Shown here one piece after another: positions 50,181 through 59,356 of a stretch of 64,000 bases of DNA. Both the position numbers and the translations under genes were made by a program. The stretch comes from Corallochytrium limacisporum Hawaii (lineage: Eukaryota; Protista; Pluriformea), in assembly GCA_002811645.1 (NCBI GenBank), contig PDIP01000012.1, positions 54,452-118,451 on the forward strand, in the 5' to 3' direction. Every line of letters begins with the position of its first letter. Within the stretch, counting starts at the first letter, position 1. The notes below the pieces were generated by a model. It was not told where the DNA came from and searched no databases. It saw only the letters and a list, made by a program, of their open reading frames with translations.

Positions 50181-53045
50181 ATGGTGTCTGACGCACCAGA
50201 GCCGCCTCTGGGTCGTGCCAGTCGCATCAGTGCCAATAGACCAGCGCTTCGAATTGCAGAGATAATAATCTTTGCTCCGGCATTCTCCCGGTCCGAGCTC
50301 GACGGAGGTCAGAAAGTGCTGTACTTCCACCCGAGCAGAGCCTACTCTGCGTACAATGTGGAGCGGCGAGTGGGTTTTTTGCAGAGTTGCATTACATTCA
50401 CGGAGGGACGGCATGATGTTGAGGAGTCAGAACATCGGTGTACTGCAACGGTGAAGCTGGATGACATGCTGTACGTAGTTCAGGAGCTCCACGACAGTTT
50501 GGTGGCATCGACTCAGAAGAATGCGAGAAGCGGGTGTTATTTTGCGGTGGGAATACCTGCACGAATGGCTAGTCATGCAGGTCTTGCCGGATCTCGTATT
50601 GCACACCGGATCATAGAACGCATCTGGTCATTTTTGTGTATGAGTTGGCTCGGGATGGGCGAGGTCTCACGACTTGTCAACGACTTCAAGCAAGACAGCA
50701 ACATTCGCCAAAGTGGATCCCAAGACAAGGAGGCTGTAGACACCGCACAGAGACAGGAAGCATCACTCCTTATACGCCTGAATCGCATGAGAGACCTGAT
50801 TGATGCAGCTATGACTGAGATTCTGAGCAATATCAGCATGGAACGAACACTATATACAAGACGGCCCAGTGCTTTGAACTCTCTACTCTCAACGGGTACC
50901 AGTAACCTTTCTGTGCCAGTGGAATCAGGCGGTGGTGCAAGTGCCACAACAAAGCAGGAGTTGGAGCCCTTGGCTCCCTTCCAGGTTCACTGCACGGAGC
51001 ATGAGATCGATGTGGTTATTCGGGCCAACGAGAAACATCTGCTCCAGCAGCAGGAGGAAGAGGAGAACAATGGTAACGACGACAAGAAGAGCAACATTGC
51101 TGATAGCGGAAATGGTGCCGATAGTGCAATAGACAGTGGCAGCAGCGCTGAAAGTGCCAGAGACAGTTTTCCCACTGTCAGCGCGCCGGACGGACCTGCA
51201 CAGGAAGAGCCTGGGAGAAGGACACCCTCTTCCCCGCCTGCAGACCTCCCGCAGCAAGCAACCGAGAAGGGGTCCCAGCACCGCCGTAGACACGGGCCCA
51301 TAATGGCCCACAGTCAGCCGTACGCAAGCACTGTGCAATCACCTAGTGCTCTACCAGCAGGGGAGCATATCCTTCCTTCCGAGGATGCGATCGTAGCATT
51401 AAGACCCACCATCGGAGCCACTTCGGTGGCCATGGCGCGCTGTTTGCATTTCCTTGCCGGCCTGGACGCCCGATTGCGGCGCCTTTGTAATCTCAGCGAT
51501 ATGCATACCGGATCTGCGCATCTACTTGGCGGTATCATCTTCCACCATGGCCTTAGAGCCGCCTCGACGGTACCAGACATTCTGCACCCCCAACTGCGAA
51601 CATTGCAATGGCTCGCATTGTGCCGATCCAGCCATGTCCGGGGTAAAGGTGGACATTCCCACTCCCACAGCACTAGCAATAGCAACACCGCAGTGACGCG
51701 GAAAGGGACGCTAATCCAAGCCGCGACTGCTGCCGCTGGATTTCTGAGTACTGGCGCACCGTCACAGACACAGCAGGGCAAGGGCAACAATCGCGGCAAG
51801 AATTCACAGCGCCCCGAAGCGGACAGCTTGGCATCAGAGAGTTCAGCGTCATCAACAGTACTCTTTGCAACGGATTCTGACATTTACCATCGATCCGTAT
51901 TCGGAGGTGTAAGCAATCCGCCGTCACCTGCACCGATGGTTGAGGAAGACCTGCAAGAGAACCCTTTCTTTAGGGCACCCCATCCCTCTAGTACACCGCA
52001 GGGGCACCGTGACCCAGATGTAGACAACGATGAACCGCAGTCGATGAAGAGCGGCCGAGTCTCGGAAATGGAAGACACGGCTCCGCTGGCGGAAATGCTG
52101 CCGGAGCGGCTCAGAGAAATTTCTAAGATCAAAATACGACTAATGTGTACAGCAGCGCCAACTGTGGTGATGCCTGGGACGTCAGGGGCCACCACCAGCG
52201 AAGATCAGGCCAGCAACACAAATGATTCACCCCTGACTAATTCTCAACAACCGTTATCTTACACGGACACGCATGTCTGGGTGGTAACTCTGACCAGTGG
52301 ACCGTGCGTCTTGCACTACTTCCTGCGCGCCCTTCCTGACGTGGAAAGCAGTCTCGCTGATCTCTACAATAGCAATCTCTCCCTCGCCAGCAATAGCCAG
52401 ACACCGGAGCAACAGCAACAATATTCAATGAAAGTACCGAGCTTTGCCAAGCCAAGCGATGCTTTGTTGCAGGAAATTTCGCAGCGTTGGGTGGGCTTTG
52501 CTCCGCTCGCCCAATCGCTGCTGGCACAGACCCTGCGTCTGTCTGTGGTCGCGGATGGTGGACTCGTCAAGTACGTTCTTCACGACCACTCCGCGGAATT
52601 CAGCCAATCCAACCTTCATCGACGGCGGCACGGAGTGATACCCGCGCAATTTGATGCACTCGAGACGGTCTCAGACGATATGCAGAACGCCAGGACTAGT
52701 GGTGCGGGCTGCGGTAGAGACACCAGCGCAGCCACTGAGGTCGTCATGAAACTCAGCAATGATGTTTGGTGCATGTCCACGAGCATGTCATACGGTAATG
52801 CAGAGATGCCACTGACTCGTAAGCAACTGCTGGCATTGCGGATCCAGGAGGCATCATCGCAGGACGAGCACACTGAAGAGCCTCAGGTCAAACAAAGTAC
52901 TGTAACACCGCAACCATTCCGTCACGAAACCACGGCACTCCTGGCACCAAAGATCTCCGAGCTTGCGTCTGTGGCCACTGAACTCGCAAAACTGGGCCAG
53001 CGCTTCCCGGAGACCACTGCGCCTGGGACTGCACCGCCATCTTGA
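50181..53045 (+). CDS. CCZ1/INTU/HPS4-family tri-longin protein, most like Ccz1 (Rab7 GEF subunit)
   Basis: IIIFAPAFSRSE...KVLYFHPS...RRVGFLQSCITFT matches the Ccz1 first longin domain. C-terminal EVVMKLSNDVW. Long low-complexity inserts. Confidence 0.72.
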   Translation: MVSDAPEPPLGRASRISANRPALRIAEIIIFAPAFSRSELDGGQKVLYFHPSRAYSAYNVERRVGFLQSCITFTEGRHDVEESEHRCTATVKLDDMLYVVQELHDSLVASTQKNARSGCYFAVGIPARMASHAGLAGSRIAHRIIERIWSFLCMSWLGMGEVSRLVNDFKQDSNIRQSGSQDKEAVDTAQRQEASLLIRLNRMRDLIDAAMTEILSNISMERTLYTRRPSALNSLLSTGTSNLSVPVESGGGASATTKQELEPLAPFQVHCTEHEIDVVIRANEKHLLQQQEEEENNGNDDKKSNIADSGNGADSAIDSGSSAESARDSFPTVSAPDGPAQEEPGRRTPSSPPADLPQQATEKGSQHRRRHGPIMAHSQPYASTVQSPSALPAGEHILPSEDAIVALRPTIGATSVAMARCLHFLAGLDARLRRLCNLSDMHTGSAHLLGGIIFHHGLRAASTVPDILHPQLRTLQWLALCRSSHVRGKGGHSHSHSTSNSNTAVTRKGTLIQAATAAAGFLSTGAPSQTQQGKGNNRGKNSQRPEADSLASESSASSTVLFATDSDIYHRSVFGGVSNPPSPAPMVEEDLQENPFFRAPHPSSTPQGHRDPDVDNDEPQSMKSGRVSEMEDTAPLAEMLPERLREISKIKIRLMCTAAPTVVMPGTSGATTSEDQASNTNDSPLTNSQQPLSYTDTHVWVVTLTSGPCVLHYFLRALPDVESSLADLYNSNLSLASNSQTPEQQQQYSMKVPSFAKPSDALLQEISQRWVGFAPLAQSLLAQTLRLSVVADGGLVKYVLHDHSAEFSQSNLHRRRHGVIPAQFDALETVSDDMQNARTSGAGCGRDTSAATEVVMKLSNDVWCMSTSMSYGNAEMPLTRKQLLALRIQEASSQDEHTEEPQVKQSTVTPQPFRHETTALLAPKISELASVATELAKLGQRFPETTAPGTAPPS

Positions 53046-53167
53046 GATGTGACGGCTACGATGTTTGTTTAAAGAATTTGAAATACATCTATACGCAAGT
53101 ATTTGTAATGAAAGCAAACGACTTCTGGATTTTAGAAGACCGTTTGTGCCTATCCTTTCCTTATGAG

Positions 53168-55630
53168 CTATCGCACTATACCCGTGGTCGGCCGGTGCCC
53201 TGGGTCGACATCAAATGGCAAACCGTGCGGTTCATTATGCGTGAAACCTTGAACCACCTTTCCATTGTCTGTAAATTGCACGTCTTGTTCACTCTCCCAA
53301 TGGTACAGCGAGTCCCATTCCTGTTTAAGTATCGCCTCGTCATCGGTGAAGAGCACCGACTGGCCCCAGTTTCGGGTCGATGACAACGCGTGGTTTTCCT
53401 CTTGCTGCAGAGGTGCCTGCCGCAACATACCCTGGTAGACCAGAATGTCATCCACCAGAATCTCAAACGACTTGACACCCCGTGACGGTGTTCGTGAATA
53501 GTTGTAGAACTTTATCCGGCTCAGAGTGACAGGTTCTGGGAAGTGGATAATGATCAGATTAGGGCTGCGTTTACTGCCATTTCCTTTCCCGGTGGCATTC
53601 CGATTTGGGCGTTTCAGAGCGGAAGCACACGGTGCCAACCACATGTGGCGTTCATTGTAGGTCGTGTTCGTGCCGTCAAAAAGATTTTCAGGTTTGCGTA
53701 TATCATGCTTTTGGTTCGGCAGATCGCACACTCCTCGGGGAACGACAGTAACGTGCTCCATCGTAATGGGGATCTTTTCTCCGGTCTCGTCGTAGAGATC
53801 GATGCCGTTCAGACCAATGTAGTGGTTGTCTGCCCAGGCGTTGAGCAAACGGAAAGTAATGATGAAGCCGGACGGAAGGATCGGAGGTTCATAGACTTCC
53901 TCGGCGATCGATACAGTGCTCAGCGTACGCAACGGGCCTGTGTCGTCTTCCTCAGCCCTTCCATGGTGCACGACGTGACGGGTAGATATCTGTGAGGGAA
54001 CGCGTTTATGGGTATCCAAGGTCGGCCTTCGGTCATCAATAGCAGACTGTTCCATGGTGGGCAAATTAGATTGGCTTGTGTCAATAGGACTACAGTATTG
54101 CGCCTGCTGCTGGCTCTGGGTGGATGGGATCGAGGGCGTGGCTTCGAGAGAAACGCGTGGAGCACGAGCCCGCGAGCTAAAGTGGAATTCCTGCCCAAAA
54201 TCAAACAGTGCGTGGCCGGGCGCCTTACGGATTAAAAAGCCATCCGCGGGACTGGCAATGCGTTCATCACAGTGCACAATCAACCGTTTCACGCCCCGGT
54301 ATGTGTCATCCATGCACTTGTTGTAGTTCCAAAGCCGCAAGCCAGTTACAGCCATTGCATGCGGGAGATGCAGCCAGATGCGATGGCGCGTCCCGGGAGT
54401 GAAAGGGATTAGCCACATATGAAAGTCATCGCAGGTAGAATTGACGCCGTCTAGAAGTTTGTCGGAGGTACGATAGTCCCCAGTGCAACCAGGAATGTCA
54501 TTCAGGTCCCGGGGCAGGGAAGAGACATGGTACATCGGATCGAGAGGAACGATATCGCCGTTCAAGCCGAGCACTTGAATCCCATTCAGCCCAACGTAAT
54601 AGGGATCACCCCAGTTTCGTGTGATATCGAGGGTAATCTCCTTAACGTCGGGAAAGAAGCCGGATAGTGACAGTTCGTGGTGTTGCAGACCGATGCTAAG
54701 CTGGCTCCGTGCAGTGATCAAAGGCGTCGTCCACGTACTGCCACTACCGGGTGAGGATCCCCCTAGAGAGGAGGTGCGCGGCAGAATCGGGAGCAAAGGT
54801 TTCGCTTGCACACGCGAGTTCTGTGCTTGTCCCGGTTCTTGTCGTTGCTCGCTTTCTGCATTATTGACGTCATCATAACATTCCTCTTCATAAGGATCTG
54901 GTCGGTCTCCTAGACTCACTGTAGCGCCTGTGGGTGCCCTCGACGTACACTTCCGATTATGGGCACTAATATGGATCCGCTTATCAGTGTCATGTTGAGC
55001 GATCTCGAGAGAGTCTACACTCCACTTTCGCCTTGGTGTCTTGCTCATGCGGGTAACCTGTGGCTGCTGCTCGGCGCCAAGCTGTTCTGGTTCCTGATTC
55101 CAAATGCTGGCCTGGTTCCTGCCTGCTGAATCACGATGGGACCCATGTTCGGCAGTCTTTGGTGTTTCGGCCTTCCGTTCTGGCTGCTTGCGGTGGTGCG
55201 GGGTTCCAGTCACCGAGTCGGTATATCCATGGGCATTAAAGCCTTGGATATTCTGTGGGTGACGACGGTGGGCTTGCCGTGCGGCTGCCATCTGCGATGA
55301 TCCCTTCTTACTTGAAGACCTCTGTCTGTGTTGATCCTGGTTAGTGCCGTTGAAATACATGCTAAACCCTTGCTCTCTCTTTTCCTCGGACGAATTTTCT
55401 TCCTTAGCCTTGAGTTTCTTCATAATTCGATTCCGTTCGCTGACCAGCAGCACATATTCCCTCTGTCTCCGTTCTGCGAGTGTCAGATTGGAGCCAGTGG
55501 ACCGTCCATACTTCGGCACGTCGGTCCCATGAACGGTTGACGAGGCACTGCCACCATATGCAGCTGCACAACTGCCAGTGGGGGTTGACTTGACGCGGTC
55601 AATATCCTTCCAGGATCTCTGGTCACCCAT
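53168..55630 (-). CDS. KATNIP: katanin-interacting ciliary protein KATNIP/KIAA0556 (DUF4457)
   Basis: EY.LL..ERNRIMKKL, REQGFSMYFNG.N, two repeats of (N/A)W(G/A)D..Y(V/I)GLNGI...DG.N.T...HMWL, IRKAPG and terminal RPTT. Confidence 0.9.
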   Translation of the reverse strand: MGDQRSWKDIDRVKSTPTGSCAAAYGGSASSTVHGTDVPKYGRSTGSNLTLAERRQREYVLLVSERNRIMKKLKAKEENSSEEKREQGFSMYFNGTNQDQHRQRSSSKKGSSQMAAARQAHRRHPQNIQGFNAHGYTDSVTGTPHHRKQPERKAETPKTAEHGSHRDSAGRNQASIWNQEPEQLGAEQQPQVTRMSKTPRRKWSVDSLEIAQHDTDKRIHISAHNRKCTSRAPTGATVSLGDRPDPYEEECYDDVNNAESEQRQEPGQAQNSRVQAKPLLPILPRTSSLGGSSPGSGSTWTTPLITARSQLSIGLQHHELSLSGFFPDVKEITLDITRNWGDPYYVGLNGIQVLGLNGDIVPLDPMYHVSSLPRDLNDIPGCTGDYRTSDKLLDGVNSTCDDFHMWLIPFTPGTRHRIWLHLPHAMAVTGLRLWNYNKCMDDTYRGVKRLIVHCDERIASPADGFLIRKAPGHALFDFGQEFHFSSRARAPRVSLEATPSIPSTQSQQQAQYCSPIDTSQSNLPTMEQSAIDDRRPTLDTHKRVPSQISTRHVVHHGRAEEDDTGPLRTLSTVSIAEEVYEPPILPSGFIITFRLLNAWADNHYIGLNGIDLYDETGEKIPITMEHVTVVPRGVCDLPNQKHDIRKPENLFDGTNTTYNERHMWLAPCASALKRPNRNATGKGNGSKRSPNLIIIHFPEPVTLSRIKFYNYSRTPSRGVKSFEILVDDILVYQGMLRQAPLQQEENHALSSTRNWGQSVLFTDDEAILKQEWDSLYHWESEQDVQFTDNGKVVQGFTHNEPHGLPFDVDPGHRPTTGIVR

Positions 55631-56328
55631 ATTTTGCGGTCTACGATTCTACGGCGTGAAGTCTCGCCTTGCAGGCGGGAGTCAAAGAGTGGTACATCAC
55701 ATATTTCTTCACTGGTCCAACAACCCATGCATCACACAGACCCCCCGACGGGGAGTCTCTTCTACAGCCGATGTGTGTAAATACCAAGGTCGAGATGCCA
55801 GTGTGAATTCCTCTACAATGCCCACGCTCGATCTGTTCCACTCCGTCTTCTGACAAAAAGCCACTCACCTGGCAGCTGCCCCCAGCACCGCTCACCCCTC
55901 CGCCTCCCTGGCCCATCCGCACCGTACCGCCGGCCGTCGTTGAGGACTTCCGCGCCCTTACCCGCTCGCAGGCACCCTCCACGGTGCCGTCCCTCCGCGG
56001 GCCTGTGGCCCGAAAGACCCCTCTCACCCAGTTCCCTTCGCTTTTCCCCTCTCTCTCTCTCTCCCCCCCCCCACTTCGGGGACCAGGGCCAACATCCCGG
56101 TCTTCTCGCAATGGGCGACTGGTGCCCTGTTGCGTTCTTTGGCTTTCTTCTACTGAACATCCGCCCGAAAAGGGACTAAAGAAGTATCCTGATGATTTGT
56201 GTTGATGGCTATCCTTTCGCATCTTACTCTTCTAGAAAGCTAGTTAAGGTCAAAAATGGTAGCATAGCATTGTAACACAGAGGAATGTCCGACATCCAAG
56301 TCTACGCTTGTGTTGCGTGTCAATAAGA

Positions 56329-57021
56329 ATGGCGGGGATAGTCACGCGGCTCGCTTCCTCCCTGGTGGAGCAGTGCAGCTTACACAGCAGATCAGCACAG
56401 GCTGGTCTCTCAATAACTTTGACTTGTAAGTTTCTTGGGTTTGCCAGTTCCAGTGATCAAGACGACCCATCTGAAAGTACAGCCTATTGCCCCGCCCTAA
56501 GCCTTGCTGGCCTTAGTAGCGCTAGTGATGGCACTGTGAACGAGGAAATGGTAAATGGTCTGCTCGGCGACTGGAACGGACTCTTATGGAACTACACTCC
56601 AAAGAAGCGCAAGGGATTGAGTCACCGTCGCCACCGGCATAATACGCAAGTTCCAAAGAACCGCATGGATATTGATCACTGTCTATGGTGCGGAGAATGG
56701 AAGGAAAAGTACGCAAGTTGTATCCATTGTACATCCAAAGCCCTGTGGGAAACCACGTTCACTCGGGCACAGAGCTTCGTAGACTCGTCAAAGAAGGGTG
56801 TTCAGGACTGGCGTCGTTTCATTTATACTGAACTGACGGAGCAACAGAAGGCTGTGGTCCATGCATGGTTCAATGACAACCAGGAACCGCTGCACTACAA
56901 GCTGACCTCCAAGCAACATTATAAGTACAAGAGAGACAAGACCCGCATGCTCAAAGATCAGTCTAAGGTACCAGAGCCTCGTCCCGGTTATCGCGTGGTG
57001 CCTTCTGAGAGATTGATATAG
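56329..57021 (+). CDS. MRPL32: mitochondrial ribosomal protein bL32m (MRPL32-like)
   Basis: Presequence, GLLW..TPKKRK.LSHRRHR and CxxCG.WK.....CxxC. First ATG is at 56329 (the ORF track starts at TTG 56308). Confidence 0.65.
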   Translation: MAGIVTRLASSLVEQCSLHSRSAQAGLSITLTCKFLGFASSSDQDDPSESTAYCPALSLAGLSSASDGTVNEEMVNGLLGDWNGLLWNYTPKKRKGLSHRRHRHNTQVPKNRMDIDHCLWCGEWKEKYASCIHCTSKALWETTFTRAQSFVDSSKKGVQDWRRFIYTELTEQQKAVVHAWFNDNQEPLHYKLTSKQHYKYKRDKTRMLKDQSKVPEPRPGYRVVPSERLI

Positions 57022-57073
57022 AAGATAATATTACAATAGACACATATATACATAGAAATGTATACGACGTTCT

Positions 57074-58978
57074 TCAAATGCGCCAAAGATGTCCTTTACA
57101 TTCAGGACATGGCCTAAATTCTACATCCACTGGATATGCGTGGAGATGTCCACCATCCTCGAGGCTTGTCTCCTTTGTAGTGTCTCCTTCAGTCTTTGTC
57201 GGGCCCATTCCTGGGTTCGCTGTTCTGGTATCTCCTACTGCATCAGCAATGGCAGGTGCCTTCCCGTGCGTAGTTGCGTAAGCATTCAACTTTCTCAGGA
57301 GGTGATCACGGGCTGACTCAAGTTCTTTTATCATTATATCCCGCTCCCGAATCGTATCACTCAGACGAGCCCGTTCCTCATGGTAGAGCTGGATGTAGTC
57401 TCCAATTGTCTCTGTCTCTTGGGAGAGCTGATTGTTTATGTGCTGTTCAGCGTCTAGACTTTGTCGCAACTCTGCCTTCTCATTGGTCATTTCCACGAGA
57501 CGAAGCTGCAACTGTTCATTCAAATCTCTCAGTTCCTTCAATTCCGCAAGTGAAGTGGCAGAGTTCTCTGGTGCTTTTCCAGCCGTTTCAGAGCTTTGAG
57601 TTTGCGTTCGCATAGCACGGATTTCATGTTCCAATCGTACAATAACCCGGTCCTTTTCGTTGTCGTCTAAAGGTGAGTCTGCTGTCCTTCGTTTTCTTAG
57701 TGCTGTCAACAAGTGTTCAATGAGAGTATCTGTAGATTCTTCGGGATCAAGATCTTCTCCAAGGGCTGCCACAATCTTCTTCTTGAACGAGGCAAGCTCC
57801 TTCTTGGAAGCATCCGTTGAACCCCCTGAATCTCCCTGGAGGATCCTCTCCAGATCCTGGGCCTTGTTTTCAAGCTCCCGGCGCTGTGACTCCGCCACTG
57901 TACGATACCGTTGTAGGGTCTCAACCTCTTCTGCCTTTGCAGAAAGCTCGCTCTTTTGGACCTCCCAATCCTGCTTCATTGCCTTCAGTTGGGCATGAAG
58001 GTCTTGATTCTGGTGTTGGAGTCTCAACGCTTCATCAAATGACCCACTATTCTGCTGGGCTTCGGCCAGATGGGCCTTCAAGGTATGAAGCTCTCGCTCC
58101 CTTTCTCTGAGAGTCAATTCCACACCGGCCTTTGATTGTTTGAGCCGGGCAAGTTCAGCCTCAGCCCGTTCCACCCGTTCTAGACTTTCCCTGTTGGCAC
58201 CGGCTGTACTTGACCCAGACTCCACTGCCATCGACCGCAGCCTCTCATTCTCCCTCCTAAGAGTTTCAAGGTCTGCTGTCACGTTCTTCAGCTTTCGCTC
58301 GACACTTTCCTTAGCAAGTTGCTCATTTTGCAATTCCTGCCGAGCCACCTTCTCCTTCTCTATCTTGTCCTCCAAGAGCACATGAAGTCGAGTAATCTCA
58401 TTCTGGAGTGAATTCGAGGCGGAATCTATGCTGCTCTTTCTGTTTGCAACGTCACTATTTCTGCTTGATGGTCGATAATCCGATACTGCTAATCCATTTC
58501 CCGCCGCTGTCACTATTGTAGATTGCTTGGGTGCTTCATATGTCGTCGAGGAATATGTCGGAGGATGCCCTGTCCCCGGCAGGGGAGCCGGTTGAGCTCC
58601 GCCTGTTCGAGAGGCTAAACGCGATTCCAGACGGTCCAGTCGACTCTGTAGGCTGTCTAATGCACTTGAACGTGGTTTTGAAGCTGCCATGGGTTCAATC
58701 TGAGTGCTATTATGTACTATTGATGACGTCCGATAGTCTGTGTTGTAGGTGCCCACTGAAAAGCGGGTGGATGGAATATACGGTGAGTATCGCCGATAGT
58801 ACGATCTTGGCGTACTGCTTACGACAGGCCAATGGTCGGATGTTATACGCGAGTGGTAACCAGAAATGGGTAAGTGCTTGGACGTGAGGCTTGCCGGATA
58901 ATAATGACCAGGTTTACGAGTACCCGCTGGTTGGTGATAGCTGGAATATGTGACACTTAAACTGGTGTCATTGATCAT
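57074..58978 (-). CDS. coiled-coil golgin, GM130/GOLGA2-like
   Basis: Long heptad coiled coil. QLSQETETIGDYIQLY matches the GOLGA2 'ETxTIGEYIxLY' motif. C-terminal CxxCxG.L..I. Confidence 0.75.
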   Translation of the reverse strand: MINDTSLSVTYSSYHQPAGTRKPGHYYPASLTSKHLPISGYHSRITSDHWPVVSSTPRSYYRRYSPYIPSTRFSVGTYNTDYRTSSIVHNSTQIEPMAASKPRSSALDSLQSRLDRLESRLASRTGGAQPAPLPGTGHPPTYSSTTYEAPKQSTIVTAAGNGLAVSDYRPSSRNSDVANRKSSIDSASNSLQNEITRLHVLLEDKIEKEKVARQELQNEQLAKESVERKLKNVTADLETLRRENERLRSMAVESGSSTAGANRESLERVERAEAELARLKQSKAGVELTLRERERELHTLKAHLAEAQQNSGSFDEALRLQHQNQDLHAQLKAMKQDWEVQKSELSAKAEEVETLQRYRTVAESQRRELENKAQDLERILQGDSGGSTDASKKELASFKKKIVAALGEDLDPEESTDTLIEHLLTALRKRRTADSPLDDNEKDRVIVRLEHEIRAMRTQTQSSETAGKAPENSATSLAELKELRDLNEQLQLRLVEMTNEKAELRQSLDAEQHINNQLSQETETIGDYIQLYHEERARLSDTIRERDIMIKELESARDHLLRKLNAYATTHGKAPAIADAVGDTRTANPGMGPTKTEGDTTKETSLEDGGHLHAYPVDVEFRPCPECKGHLWRI

Positions 58979-59356
58979 TAGGAAAATAGTCTTATTTCAA
59001 AATTGAACATTGTGGTCTTTAGCAGATACCCTTACCACAAATAAAGAGTTTCGTCATAGCCACTGGATGTTCCAAGTACCCCACTGCTGCTTGCTGAGTG
59101 CCTTAGGAATGAATGTCTGGAAACTCTGTCCAGCCGTGGGCGCTGCTACAGGGAGACCTCAACAACACAGCAGACGGGCAGTTTTCTGAGTGACGGAGTG
59201 CAATACACAAGGGAGATCAATTTCGCGCCAAAAAGGGAACCCCCCCGGGGGGGGGGGGGGAGGAAGAGGGGGACGTTAGGGGACGAGCGCAAGCCTTTGA
59301 TGCAGGCGCGGAAACACGAGTGCGTGCTTTGATATATATTATAAGTTTACTGGTTC

